NCBI GenBank assembly: GCA_965247095.1
Contig: OZ251997.1
Span: forward strand, 928,001-992,000
Direction: 5' to 3'
Length of the DNA: 64,000 nucleotides
Source of the DNA: Candidatus Multivorans sp.
GTDB lineage: Bacteria; Acidobacteriota; Thermoanaerobaculia; Multivoradales; Multivoraceae
Made by a program: the position numbers and the translations under genes. Positions 38,089 to 47,223 of the stretch are shown one piece after another; position 1 is the stretch's first letter, and each line of letters begins with the position of its first letter. The notes under the pieces are model-generated. The model did not search any database. It was given only the letters and a program-made list of their open reading frames with translations, and had not been told where the DNA came from.

Positions 38089-39215
38089 CAGGCTGCCTGC
38101 CTTTCCAGACCGGAGATCAATCGGTTCTTCCAAACCCGTTCACTGCCGATGCTGAGCGCCAGCAGCTTGGCGCGGCGGTAGTAGAGATGGCAGTCCGACT
38201 CCCAGGTGAAGCCGATGCCGCCGTGGGTCTGGATGTTCTCCTTCGAGGCGAAGTGGAAGGCCTGGATCGCCGCCACTCGCGCCGCCGCCGCCGCCACCGG
38301 CAGTTCGGGGGCGTCGGTCGACAGGGCCCAGGCGCCGTAGTAGCAGTTCGCCCGTGCCAGTTCGTTCTTGATGTACATGTCGGCGAGCTTGTGCTTGATC
38401 GCCTGGAAGGAGCCGATCGGCCGGCCGAAGGCGTAGCGGCCCTTGGCGTAGCCGATCGCCATCTGGAGACAGGCGTCGGCGCCGCCGAGCTGCTCCATGG
38501 CGAAGAGCACCGCGGCGCGGTCGAAGACGCGGTCCTTGAGCGCCCAGCCCTGGCCGGACTCGCCCAGGAGTTCCGCCGCGGCGCCATCGAAGGTGATGCG
38601 GGCGTTGGAGCGTGAGGGATCGAGCGTGTCCACGGACTCGCGGGAGACGCCGTCGCCGGCGAGGTCGACGACGGCGAGGTCGACGACGGCGAGCGAGGCG
38701 CCCGCGCCGTCCCTGGCAACGACGACACAGAAGTCGGCGACGTCGCCGTCGGGCACGGGCATCTTCGTGCCGCTCAGACGGCCGTCCTTGAGCGTGGCTT
38801 GCAGGTTCGCTTCCGTGGCCTGACCCGGTCCCTCGGAGAGCGCGAACGTACCGATCGTCTCGCCGGCGGCCAGCTTGGGAAGCAGTCTCTGCTTCTGGTC
38901 CTCGGAACCCGCCAGGAGAACCGCCTCGGTGGCCAGGTAGACCGAAGACGAGAAGGGAACCGGTGCAATGGCCCGGCCGAGTTCCTCGGCGACGACGCAG
39001 AGCTCGAGGTAGCCGAAGCCGATGCCGCCGTACTCCTCTGGAATCGCGATCCCGGGCGACTCGTTGGCGCAGATCTGCTGCCAGAGATCGCGCGCGAAGG
39101 GCTCGTCCTCGTCCTCCAGCACGCGCCGGGGCACGGTGGTGTCGCAGGCCGCGCGGAGGAAGCCGCGTGTCTGCTGCTTCAATGCCTTCTGGGCATCCGA
39201 GAAATCGAAGTTCAT
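38088..39215 (-). CDS. Acyl-CoA dehydrogenase (partner subunit of a heteromeric pair)
   Basis: PEEYGGIG, R.AFGRPIGSFQAIKHKLADM and QTHGGIGFTWE motifs; stop overlaps the next start (TGATG). Confidence 0.92.
   Translation of the reverse strand: MNFDFSDAQKALKQQTRGFLRAACDTTVPRRVLEDEDEPFARDLWQQICANESPGIAIPEEYGGIGFGYLELCVVAEELGRAIAPVPFSSSVYLATEAVLLAGSEDQKQRLLPKLAAGETIGTFALSEGPGQATEANLQATLKDGRLSGTKMPVPDGDVADFCVVVARDGAGASLAVVDLAVVDLAGDGVSRESVDTLDPSRSNARITFDGAAAELLGESGQGWALKDRVFDRAAVLFAMEQLGGADACLQMAIGYAKGRYAFGRPIGSFQAIKHKLADMYIKNELARANCYYGAWALSTDAPELPVAAAAARVAAIQAFHFASKENIQTHGGIGFTWESDCHLYYRRAKLLALSIGSERVWKNRLISGLERQAA
38657..38693. repeat. Perfect in-frame 15 bp tandem duplication
   Basis: CGGCGAGGTCGACGA x2 plus CGGCGAG; protein reads LAVVDLAVVDLA. 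Confidence 0.85.
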
Positions 39216-39292
39216 CGCTGCTCCTGAACGTCTGTCTTGGTCTGTTTTGGAACGCGGAGTGTAGCAGCGGCGTCGTGAACTCCGAGCCGTAC

Positions 39293-40045
39293 TCAGACTT
39301 CGTAGGTGCGCCCTTCGACCAGGGCCTCGATCTCCAGATCGTCCCGCGCCAGCATGTCGTCGCCGAGGTGGGTGAGGAGCATCCGCCGGCAGTCGAGCCG
39401 GTGCCTCTGGGCGACGAGTTCAAGGTAGTTCAGGTGGTTCGGGATCGGCCGGTCGTAGGAGTTGCACTCGCAGATGAAGAGGTCCGCGCCCGCGGCGGCA
39501 TCGACGAGGGCCTCGGTCCACTCCGTGTCGCCGGAGAAGGCCAGTACGCGGTTGCCGTACTCGATCCGCAGGGCGTAGCTGGGCGCTCCGGAGGGGTGGA
39601 CGACCTCGAACGGTGTCACCACGAGCCCGTTGACGTCTGCTGAACGCCGCTCGTGGAGTTCGACGACCTCCAGTTCGAAGGCCAGTTCGCGGCCGGTGGA
39701 TGAAGGGTAGAGGGCCTCCTGCGCCTGCCGGAGCCTTGCCGCGAGACCGGGCGGGCCCGCCAGGGTCAGGGGCTCGGTGCGGCGGGCGCGGTAGTGGGCG
39801 TCCGAGAGCAGGAAGGGCAGGCCGCCGAAGTGGTCGCCGTGCAGGTGGGTGATGAGGATGGTGCGGATCGTCGACGGTTCGATGCCGCGGCCCTTCATCG
39901 CGGAGAGCGAGGTCGCTCCGCAGTCGAGCAGGGTCGGGGGCAGGGCGCCGTCACACGTCTCGCCCCGGAGCAGGAAACAGGTGTGCAGCCGGCCGCCGCT
40001 ACTGAACGCGTCGCCGCAGCCGAGAATCTGGAGTTGGAGCGTCAC
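39293..40045 (-). CDS. MBL-fold metallo-hydrolase (RNase Z-like)
   Basis: LGCGDAF, LLDCG, THLHGDHFGG, SGDT and LTH motifs. Confidence 0.9.
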   Translation of the reverse strand: MTLQLQILGCGDAFSSGGRLHTCFLLRGETCDGALPPTLLDCGATSLSAMKGRGIEPSTIRTILITHLHGDHFGGLPFLLSDAHYRARRTEPLTLAGPPGLAARLRQAQEALYPSSTGRELAFELEVVELHERRSADVNGLVVTPFEVVHPSGAPSYALRIEYGNRVLAFSGDTEWTEALVDAAAGADLFICECNSYDRPIPNHLNYLELVAQRHRLDCRRMLLTHLGDDMLARDDLEIEALVEGRTYEV

Positions 40046-40058
40046 GGACCGCCGGGTT

Positions 40059-41387
40059 TCAGTCCGCCGGCGACTTGTAGACAGTCCCCGCCTTCATCAC
40101 GAAGCGAACATCCTGAAGCTGGGTCACGTCCGCGATCGGGTCGCCCTCAACCGCGATCAGGTCGGCCGCCTTGCCGGCCGCGACCGAGCCGGTCTCGTCC
40201 CAGATCCCGAGCAGCTTTGCGGTGACGACCGTCGCCGACTGGAGCGCCGCCATGGGCGCCATGCCGCCTTCGACCATGAGCAGGAACTCGCGCGCGTTGC
40301 TGCCGTGCGGGCAGACGCCGCAATCCGTGCCGAAGGCGATCGGTACGCCGGCGCGGTGCGCCTTGGCGAACGTGTCCTGGATGACCGGCCCGATCGCCGC
40401 TGCCTTGGGCCGGATGATCTCGGGGAAGTACCCGGGGATCGCCGCCTTCTCGGCGACGAAGTTGCCGGCCAGGATCGTCGGCACGAAGTAGGTCCCGTGC
40501 TCTTTCATCAGCTCGAACGCCTCTTCGTCCATGTAGGTGCCGTGCTCGATCGTCGTCACGCCGGCCCGGATCGCGCGCTTCATGCCCTCGGCGCCGTGGG
40601 CGTGAGCGGCGACCATGAAACCGTAGTCCTTCGCGGTGTCGACGATGGACCGGATCTCCTCCTCGGTGAACTGCGGGTTCCGGCCGCTCTTGGCCAGACT
40701 GAGGACACCGCCGGTGGCGGTGATCTTGATCAGGTCGGCGCCTTCCTTGTAGCGCTGCCGGACCGCCTTGCGGGCGTCTTCGATGCCGTTGACGATGCCC
40801 TGCTTGGGGCCGGGGTCGCCCTGAAGATCGGCGCGCATGCCGTTGGTCCGGTCGGCGTGGCCTCCGGTCGTGGCCAGAGAGGTGGTGGCGGCGAAGATCC
40901 GTGGCCCCGGCATCTCGCCCTGGTTGATCGCGTTACGGACCGCGAGGATCGCGGTCGCCTCGCCGCCCAGATCGCGGACGGTCGTGAAGCCGGCGAGAAG
41001 AGTTCTCTCCGCGTAGATCAGGGTCTGGACGGTCACGTCCGCGGGGTTTGCCTGGAAGCGCTCCAGGTATGAAGCGGCGCCCGCCTGCTGGGACGTCAGG
41101 TGGACGTGCATGTCCATCAGGCCGGGCAGGACAGTGTGCCCGGAGAGGTCGATCAGGGTGTCGCCCTCTTCCGGGGCGGTGAAGCCTTCCTCGACCGTGA
41201 CGATGTTCTCGCCCTCGACCAGGATGGATCGCTTGCCTACGACCGCGCCGGCCGCAACGTCGACGAGGGCGCCGGCGTGGATCACGGTGCGGCCTTCTGC
41301 GGCGAGGCCGCTGGACGGCCCGAGCAGCAGGAGGGCGGCCAAGGAGAGGAAGGTGGCTGCGCGAAGCAGGAAAGGTCGGTTGTTCAT
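40059..41387 (-). CDS. Secreted amidohydrolase (Xaa-Pro dipeptidase-like)
   Basis: Signal peptide; [40 protein letters not shown] and GKAADLIAV motifs. Confidence 0.92.
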   Translation of the reverse strand: MNNRPFLLRAATFLSLAALLLLGPSSGLAAEGRTVIHAGALVDVAAGAVVGKRSILVEGENIVTVEEGFTAPEEGDTLIDLSGHTVLPGLMDMHVHLTSQQAGAASYLERFQANPADVTVQTLIYAERTLLAGFTTVRDLGGEATAILAVRNAINQGEMPGPRIFAATTSLATTGGHADRTNGMRADLQGDPGPKQGIVNGIEDARKAVRQRYKEGADLIKITATGGVLSLAKSGRNPQFTEEEIRSIVDTAKDYGFMVAAHAHGAEGMKRAIRAGVTTIEHGTYMDEEAFELMKEHGTYFVPTILAGNFVAEKAAIPGYFPEIIRPKAAAIGPVIQDTFAKAHRAGVPIAFGTDCGVCPHGSNAREFLLMVEGGMAPMAALQSATVVTAKLLGIWDETGSVAAGKAADLIAVEGDPIADVTQLQDVRFVMKAGTVYKSPAD

Positions 41388-41483
41388 CGTCGGCAAGCTC
41401 CGGGAGTTGAGTCGTAGCGGGCGCCGGGACTGTAACGCAGGGCCGGTCGGCACGATTGCCGGCGGCACGGCGCCGCTCCGCTT

Positions 41484-42404
41484 TCAGCGGGCGTCCTCGC
41501 GCCGGGCGGAGGTTGAGGAACCTACGCGGCTGATGGCCCAGGTCAGGACGAAGCCGGCGCCGGCGATTCCCACGGCGGAACCGGCCTGGAGCGGGGCGGG
41601 ACCGAAGCCCTCGAAGGGCCAGAGACCGACGACGGCGCCCAGGAGAAGGCCGAGGAGTACGCCGAGTGTCGCCTGCCGGAACCGGTGCAGGGCCAGACGC
41701 ACCGCGTTGCTGATCACCGTAGCGCCGACGGCGATACCGATCAGGACCGGCAGCAGAACGCCGGCCGCCTCGACCAGGGCCCCGGCGTCACGGTCCCTGA
41801 GCGCCTGCAGCAGCCCGTCGACGGCACCGAGGATCGGTACGTACTGACCGAGGACGAGGAGCAGATAGCCGCCGCTCAGGCCCGGCAGGATCATGGCCGC
41901 GGCACCGGCCGCTCCGGCGATGGCGAGAAGAAGCGGCCCGTTGCCGCTGGCGCCGGCGGCGGTTGAATCGCTCTGCAGCAGGGCGAGGGCCGCCATGGCG
42001 GCGAACCCGCCCGCGGCGCCGCCCCACACGGCGCGGCCGACCGGTTGGGCGAGGCGCCACACCAGGGGCACGCCGCCCAGGGTCAGGCCGATGAAGGCGC
42101 TGTACATGATCCACTGGTGGTGAACCACGAGGTCGCCCAGCGTGCCGGCGAGCAGCAGGATGGCCAGCCCGCCGGATGCCGCCACCACGATCAGCAGCAG
42201 GAGCGGCTGAAGCCGGAACCGCAGCCGGGTCGTGTCCGCCACCGCCTCGATGAAGCGGGGATAGATCCCGACCGCCAGCAGCATCGTGCCGCCGCTGATC
42301 CCGGGCACCAGGTTCGCCAGGCCCATCAACGCGCCGCCCGCCAGTGCGCGCGGCGCCCAGGAAGCGCCTCCCGCTACGTTCGACCTGCTTGCTTTCGCGG
42401 CCAT
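41484..42404 (-). CDS. DUF368 family membrane protein (putative undecaprenyl-phosphate translocase)
   Basis: Twin motifs GLANLVPGISGGT and AMILPGLSGG; multiple TMs. Confidence 0.88.
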   Translation of the reverse strand: MAAKASRSNVAGGASWAPRALAGGALMGLANLVPGISGGTMLLAVGIYPRFIEAVADTTRLRFRLQPLLLLIVVAASGGLAILLLAGTLGDLVVHHQWIMYSAFIGLTLGGVPLVWRLAQPVGRAVWGGAAGGFAAMAALALLQSDSTAAGASGNGPLLLAIAGAAGAAAMILPGLSGGYLLLVLGQYVPILGAVDGLLQALRDRDAGALVEAAGVLLPVLIGIAVGATVISNAVRLALHRFRQATLGVLLGLLLGAVVGLWPFEGFGPAPLQAGSAVGIAGAGFVLTWAISRVGSSTSARREDAR

Positions 42405-42475
42405 CGGGTCGGAGTCTACGGGCGCTCCGCGGGCAGGGGTCGGTTTTCGTTGCGGATTCGTCTACCGTTACGCCG

Positions 42476-43870
42476 ATGACGGACTACGACTACGACCTGT
42501 TTGTGATCGGCGCAGGTTCGGGCGGTGTGCGCGCCGCCCGGATGGCTGCCGGCTACGGCGCGCGGGTGGCAATCGCCGAGGCCCGCCACCTGGGCGGCAC
42601 GTGTGTGAACGTCGGCTGCGTGCCGAAGAAGCTCCTCGTCTGTGCGTCGGCCTTTGCCGACCACTACCGCGAAGCTTCTGGATTCGGCTGGACCACGGGA
42701 CCTTCCGCGTTCGACTGGGCGCGTCTCGTCGCCAACAAGGACCGGGAGATCGAGCGTCTGAACGGAATCTACCGCGGGCTGCTCGAAGGCGCAGGTGTGG
42801 AAATCTTCGAGGGTAGGGCGCGTCTGGTCGACGCGGACAGGGTGGAGATCGATCTCGGCAACCGGATGCGGCGCCAGGTCGGCGCCAAGAACATCCTGGT
42901 GGCGACCGGAAGCTGGCCTCACCGGCCGCAGATCCCCGGCATCGAGTACGCCATCACCTCGAACGATGCCTTCCACCTGAAGCGTCTGCCGGAGCGCTTC
43001 GCGGTGGTCGGGGGCGGCTACATCGGCGTCGAGTTCGCCGGCATCCTGGCCGGGCTCGGGTGCCAGGTCACCCTGATCTACCGCGGCGAACTCTTCCTAC
43101 GCGGCTTCGACGAGGAGATTCGCCGCCATCTCGCCGACGAGATGCGGTCGCGCGGAATCGACCTGCGGTTCGGCTGCGAGGTCGAGGCGATCGAGTGGAT
43201 CGGGCCGGGGCCGTCCGGCAACGGCGTCGGCGGGTCGGGCGGCGACCGTCTCCTGCTTCGGCTCACAGGCGGCGTCGAGTTGCGGTCCGGCGAGGCGCTC
43301 TTCGCGACCGGCCGCAGTCCCGAGGTCGTGGGGCTGGGGCTCGAGGACTGCGGCGTCGCCCTGCGTGAGAACGGCGCGGTGCGGGTCGACGAGCTCTCGC
43401 GCACGAACGTTCCGAACATCTGGGCGATCGGCGACGTGACGGACCGCCTGAACCTGACCCCGGTGGCGATCCACGAGGGCATGTGCCTGGCTCGGACGCT
43501 GTTTGCCGGCGAGCCGACAGCGGTGGACCACGAGACCGTCGCTACCGCCGTCTTCAGCCAACCGCCCCTGGCCGCGGTCGGTCTGACCGAGGAGGAGGCG
43601 AGGGAGCGGTACGGCGAGGTCGATGTCTACCGCAGCCGATTCCGGCCGCTCAAGTTGACCCTGACCGACAACCAGGAACGGACCCTGGTCAAGCTGATGG
43701 TTGAGCGTTCGGGCGGGCGCGTCCTCGGCGCCCACATGCTCGGCGCCGACGCACCCGAGATCATCCAGGGCCTCGCCGTGGCCGTGAAGATGGGCGCCAC
43801 CAAGAACGACTTCGACGCCGCAATGGCGATCCATCCGACCTCCGCCGAGGAGTTCGTCACCCTGCGGTGA
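42476..43870 (+). CDS. gor: Glutathione-disulfide reductase
   Basis: YDYDLFVIGAGSGGVRAAR, GGTCVNVGCVPKK, GGGYIGVEFA, NLTPVAI and IHPTSAEEFVTLR motifs. Confidence 0.95.
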   Translation: MTDYDYDLFVIGAGSGGVRAARMAAGYGARVAIAEARHLGGTCVNVGCVPKKLLVCASAFADHYREASGFGWTTGPSAFDWARLVANKDREIERLNGIYRGLLEGAGVEIFEGRARLVDADRVEIDLGNRMRRQVGAKNILVATGSWPHRPQIPGIEYAITSNDAFHLKRLPERFAVVGGGYIGVEFAGILAGLGCQVTLIYRGELFLRGFDEEIRRHLADEMRSRGIDLRFGCEVEAIEWIGPGPSGNGVGGSGGDRLLLRLTGGVELRSGEALFATGRSPEVVGLGLEDCGVALRENGAVRVDELSRTNVPNIWAIGDVTDRLNLTPVAIHEGMCLARTLFAGEPTAVDHETVATAVFSQPPLAAVGLTEEEARERYGEVDVYRSRFRPLKLTLTDNQERTLVKLMVERSGGRVLGAHMLGADAPEIIQGLAVAVKMGATKNDFDAAMAIHPTSAEEFVTLR

Positions 43871-43882
43871 TCGAGTCGCGGG

Positions 43883-43907
43883 ATGCGCGGGCCTTCCGGC
43901 CCCGCAT
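43883..43907. terminator. Hairpin between convergent gor and gshB (REP-like, possible bidirectional terminator)
   Basis: ATGCG(C)GGGCC-TTCC-GGCCCCGCAT; no U-tract. Similar to GCGGGCA-GGA-TGCCCGC at 48826..48842. Confidence 0.4.
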
Positions 43908-43927
43908 TCGCCGCAGGCGGGCGCCGC

Positions 43928-44881
43928 TCAGGCCGTGGCGCGCCGCCGCTCGACGGCGTCGAGCACGTCGACCTCGAGGCGTGGACCGCCGAGGTCCGCG
44001 ATCTCGCGCAGGCCGGTCGGGCTGGTCACGTTGACCTCGGTCAGCCAACCGCCGATCACGTCGATGCCGGCAAAGACGATGCCCAGCCGGACCAGTTCCG
44101 GACCGACCGCGGCGGCGATCTCGCGGTCCCGGTCGTCGACCTTCGTGGCGGCAGGCTGGCCGCCGACGTGGAAGTTGGCTCGCGATTCGCCCTCTGCGGG
44201 CACGCGCAGCACCGCGCCGAGCGCTTCGCCTTCGACCAGGATGACCCGCTTGTCGCCCTGCCGGATCTCGGGCAGGTAGCGTTGCGCCATCAGGTAGCGG
44301 CTCTCGTGCGCGGTGGCCGTCTCGAGGATGGCGCTGGTGTTCCGGTCGCCGGCTTTCAGATGGAAGATGCCTTGGCCGCCGGCGCCGTCGAGTGGCTTGA
44401 CGATCATCTCGCCGCCCATCTCCTCCTGGAAGGCGAGCAGCTCCGGAATGCGGCGGGACACCCGCGCGGGTGGACACACTGCGGGGAAGCGGAGCGCGAA
44501 CAGCTTCTCGTTCGCGTCCCGCAGCGCCAGCGGGTCGTTCACGACCAGGGTGCTCTTCGCCACCATGGACAGCAGGTGGGTGGCGTAGAAGAAGGACATG
44601 TCGAAGGGTGGGTCCTTGCGCATCCAGACCACGTCGAACTCGTCGAGGAAGGCGGTTCGGCCGGTTCCGACCTCGTACCAGGCGCCGCCCTCGCCGGGGT
44701 CGACGGTCCGGGCGGGGACGGCTTCCGCCTGAGGCCGGCCGTCCGGCCCGAGGTCCAGCGTGTCCATCGTGCACACCGCGAGGTCGTGGCCGCGGCTGTC
44801 GGCCTCGCGCAGGAACGCGATGGTGGTGTCCTTCTCGGGATCCAGACGCTCGATCGGATCGATGACGAAGAGATGGCGCAT
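43928..44881 (-). CDS. gshB: Glutathione synthetase
   Basis: KDTT, WMRKDPPFD, NDP..LRDANEKL, KPLDG.GG, GDKR, RANFHVGG and EVNVTSPTG motifs. Confidence 0.96.
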   Translation of the reverse strand: MRHLFVIDPIERLDPEKDTTIAFLREADSRGHDLAVCTMDTLDLGPDGRPQAEAVPARTVDPGEGGAWYEVGTGRTAFLDEFDVVWMRKDPPFDMSFFYATHLLSMVAKSTLVVNDPLALRDANEKLFALRFPAVCPPARVSRRIPELLAFQEEMGGEMIVKPLDGAGGQGIFHLKAGDRNTSAILETATAHESRYLMAQRYLPEIRQGDKRVILVEGEALGAVLRVPAEGESRANFHVGGQPAATKVDDRDREIAAAVGPELVRLGIVFAGIDVIGGWLTEVNVTSPTGLREIADLGGPRLEVDVLDAVERRRATA

Positions 44882-44969
44882 GGCGGCGGCGGAGGATCGT
44901 AGCGGGCCGCGCAAGTTATCACGCGAGCGCATGGGAGCGTCCGCGCGCCGCCCTCTAGAATCCGGCGCT

Positions 44970-45542
44970 GTGGACCAAACCAGGCGACAGTGGATCTTCG
45001 GCTACGGCTCGCTGATCTTCCGGCCGGACATACCCTTCGTGGAGCGCCGGCGGGCGCTTCTGCGGGGTTGGGCGCGGCGCTTCTGGCAGTGGTCGACGGA
45101 CCACCGCGGCGAGCCGTGGCGTCCCGGCCGGGTCGTCACCCTGGCGCCGTCACCGGAGGAGGGCTGTTGGGGCGTCGCCTACCGGCTCGACGAGGCCCGG
45201 GCGGACAGGATCCTCGACGACCTGGACGTGCGGGAACGGGGCGGCTACGTCCGCATGGAGGTCGAACTCGAGTTGGACGGGGTGGAACGGGTGTTCGGCG
45301 TGACCTACCAGGCCTGGCCCGGCAACCGGAACTACGCCGGCCCGGCTCCATTGGCCGAAATCGCCGGTCAGGTCGTATCGGCAACGGGTCCCAGCGGCGC
45401 CAACGCCGACTACGTGCGCGATCTCGACGCCGCGCTGCGGGCAATGTCCGCGGAAGACGGCCATACGGTCGAACTGGCCGCCGAAGTGAGGGCGCTGCTT
45501 GCGGGGCCCCCGGGCGCGGTCAGGGCGCCATCGCCCCGGTGA
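44970..45542 (+). CDS. chaC: Glutathione-specific gamma-glutamylcyclotransferase (ChaC)
   Basis: WIFGYGSL, RRFWQ.STDHRG, PGRVVTL, LD.RE.GGY and GPSGANADY motifs. Confidence 0.92.
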   Translation: MDQTRRQWIFGYGSLIFRPDIPFVERRRALLRGWARRFWQWSTDHRGEPWRPGRVVTLAPSPEEGCWGVAYRLDEARADRILDDLDVRERGGYVRMEVELELDGVERVFGVTYQAWPGNRNYAGPAPLAEIAGQVVSATGPSGANADYVRDLDAALRAMSAEDGHTVELAAEVRALLAGPPGAVRAPSPR

Positions 45543-47151
45543 CACCGACTTCCCGCCCCTGCGGGTCGATCAGGACCCCCGGGTTCATCAGGCCGTCCGG
45601 GTCGACGGCCGCCTTGGCGCCGGCCAGGGCGCGTGCGAAGACCTCTGGCCGCTGACGGTCGTAGCCGTTCGGCCGGTGATCGCGTCCCACGGCGTGGTGG
45701 TGCGTCACCGTGCCGCCGGCCTCGACCACGGCCTCGTTGGCAGCCAGCTTGATCTCGCGCCACTGGTCGGCGAGCCGTTCCCAGTCGCCGAGCGCGGAGA
45801 AGGTGAAGTACGGCGCGGGTCCGTCGGGGTAGACGTGGGTGAAGCGGCAGGTGACGCGGCCGGGCCGGCCGGTCGCCTGCTCGAGGATCTCGGCGGTCCC
45901 AGCCGTGATCCGGGCGTGGAAGTCGGCGAAGCGGTCCCAGGTCACGGCAGTCTCGAAGGTGTCGCCGATCACACCCAGGGGCACGCCCACTTCGCGGAAG
46001 TAGGGCCCCTTGATGAAGGCGTCGCGCCAGGCCCCGGCTGCTCCTTCACGGTGGGAGCCGCCGGCGGAGGTGCTGTGATCGCCGCCGCAGTCCGCGGTCA
46101 GTTCGAGCGCTCGCCTGAGCCAGGCGTCGACCGGGTGATCGGCAGACTCGAATCCCAGCACGAGAAGCGACGTCGTGCCGTCGCCGGCGCCCGCATCGCC
46201 AGTCTCCTGGGCGTCGATCAGCCGGCAGTTCGAGGGGTAGAGGCCGCTCTGGGAGAGCATTCGCACCGCTTCCACGGCGCTGGCGTAGTCGGCGAAATGG
46301 ACCGCTGCCGAGCCGCGGTGGACGGGGCGATCCTGAAGCCGCATCCAGGCCTCGGTGATCACACCGAGGATGCCTTCCGAGCCGATGACCATCCGGTCCG
46401 GCGACGGTCCGGCGCCGGAACCGGGCAACCGTCGCGTTTCCATCACCCCCTGGGGCGTCACCGTGGTCGTCGCCTCGACGAAGTCGTCGATGTGGGTGTA
46501 GAGGCTGGCGAAGTGCCCGCCGGAACGGGTCGCGATCCATCCGCCGAGGGTGGAATGCTCGAAGCTCTGCGGAAAGTGGCGGAGCGTCAGCCCGTGCTCG
46601 CGGAGCTGCGCTTCCAGGCCGGGGCCGCGGGTGCCGCCCTGGATCCGCGCGGCACGGCTGGCGCGATCGACCTCGAGCACCTGGTCGAGCTTGAGCAGAT
46701 CGATCGTGACCGCGCCGGCGTAGCTGCCGCCGACCGCCGGTTCGACGCCGCCGACCACGCTCGAGCCGCCGCCGAAGGGGATCACGGCGGCGCCGGAGTC
46801 GCCGGCCCAATCGAGGATCCTGACCACGTCCTCCGTCGTCTCCGGATAGGCGACAAGGTCCGGGGGTTCCGTCACCTCGCGCCGGAACATCCGCACCGCA
46901 TCCGGGAAGGACTTGCCGTAGGCGTGAAGAAGCCGTTCGTACGGGTCGTCGCGAAACAGGGCCGCGAGCGAGGAGGGTGGCCGCAGCCGCGGCGGGCGCA
47001 GGTCGAAGTCCGCGGCCTGCGGCGCCGCCGCCCGCGGTTCGACCGGGGTACCGAAGCGCTCCGCGGTGCGGGCGCGGAACGCGTCCGCCTCCGCCGGCGT
47101 GAGTCCCTGCCCTTCGTAACCCCAACCACAGAGCTTGCGTTGTGACGTCAC
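45520..47151 (-). CDS. FAD-binding oxidoreductase (alkyl-DHAP synthase-like)
   Basis: PFGGGSSVVGG, HFPQSFEHSTLGGWIATRSGG, GSEG.LGVITE, THVYPDG and HHHAVG motifs. Confidence 0.88.
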   Translation of the reverse strand: MTSQRKLCGWGYEGQGLTPAEADAFRARTAERFGTPVEPRAAAPQAADFDLRPPRLRPPSSLAALFRDDPYERLLHAYGKSFPDAVRMFRREVTEPPDLVAYPETTEDVVRILDWAGDSGAAVIPFGGGSSVVGGVEPAVGGSYAGAVTIDLLKLDQVLEVDRASRAARIQGGTRGPGLEAQLREHGLTLRHFPQSFEHSTLGGWIATRSGGHFASLYTHIDDFVEATTTVTPQGVMETRRLPGSGAGPSPDRMVIGSEGILGVITEAWMRLQDRPVHRGSAAVHFADYASAVEAVRMLSQSGLYPSNCRLIDAQETGDAGAGDGTTSLLVLGFESADHPVDAWLRRALELTADCGGDHSTSAGGSHREGAAGAWRDAFIKGPYFREVGVPLGVIGDTFETAVTWDRFADFHARITAGTAEILEQATGRPGRVTCRFTHVYPDGPAPYFTFSALGDWERLADQWREIKLAANEAVVEAGGTVTHHHAVGRDHRPNGYDRQRPEVFARALAGAKAAVDPDGLMNPGVLIDPQGREVGVTGAMAP

Positions 47152-47223
47152 CGGAACCTCCTTCAGGTCGCGCAGGATAGCCGAGGAGGTGCGATGGCGG
47201 CTGCCGATCTAGAATGCCCGTTC

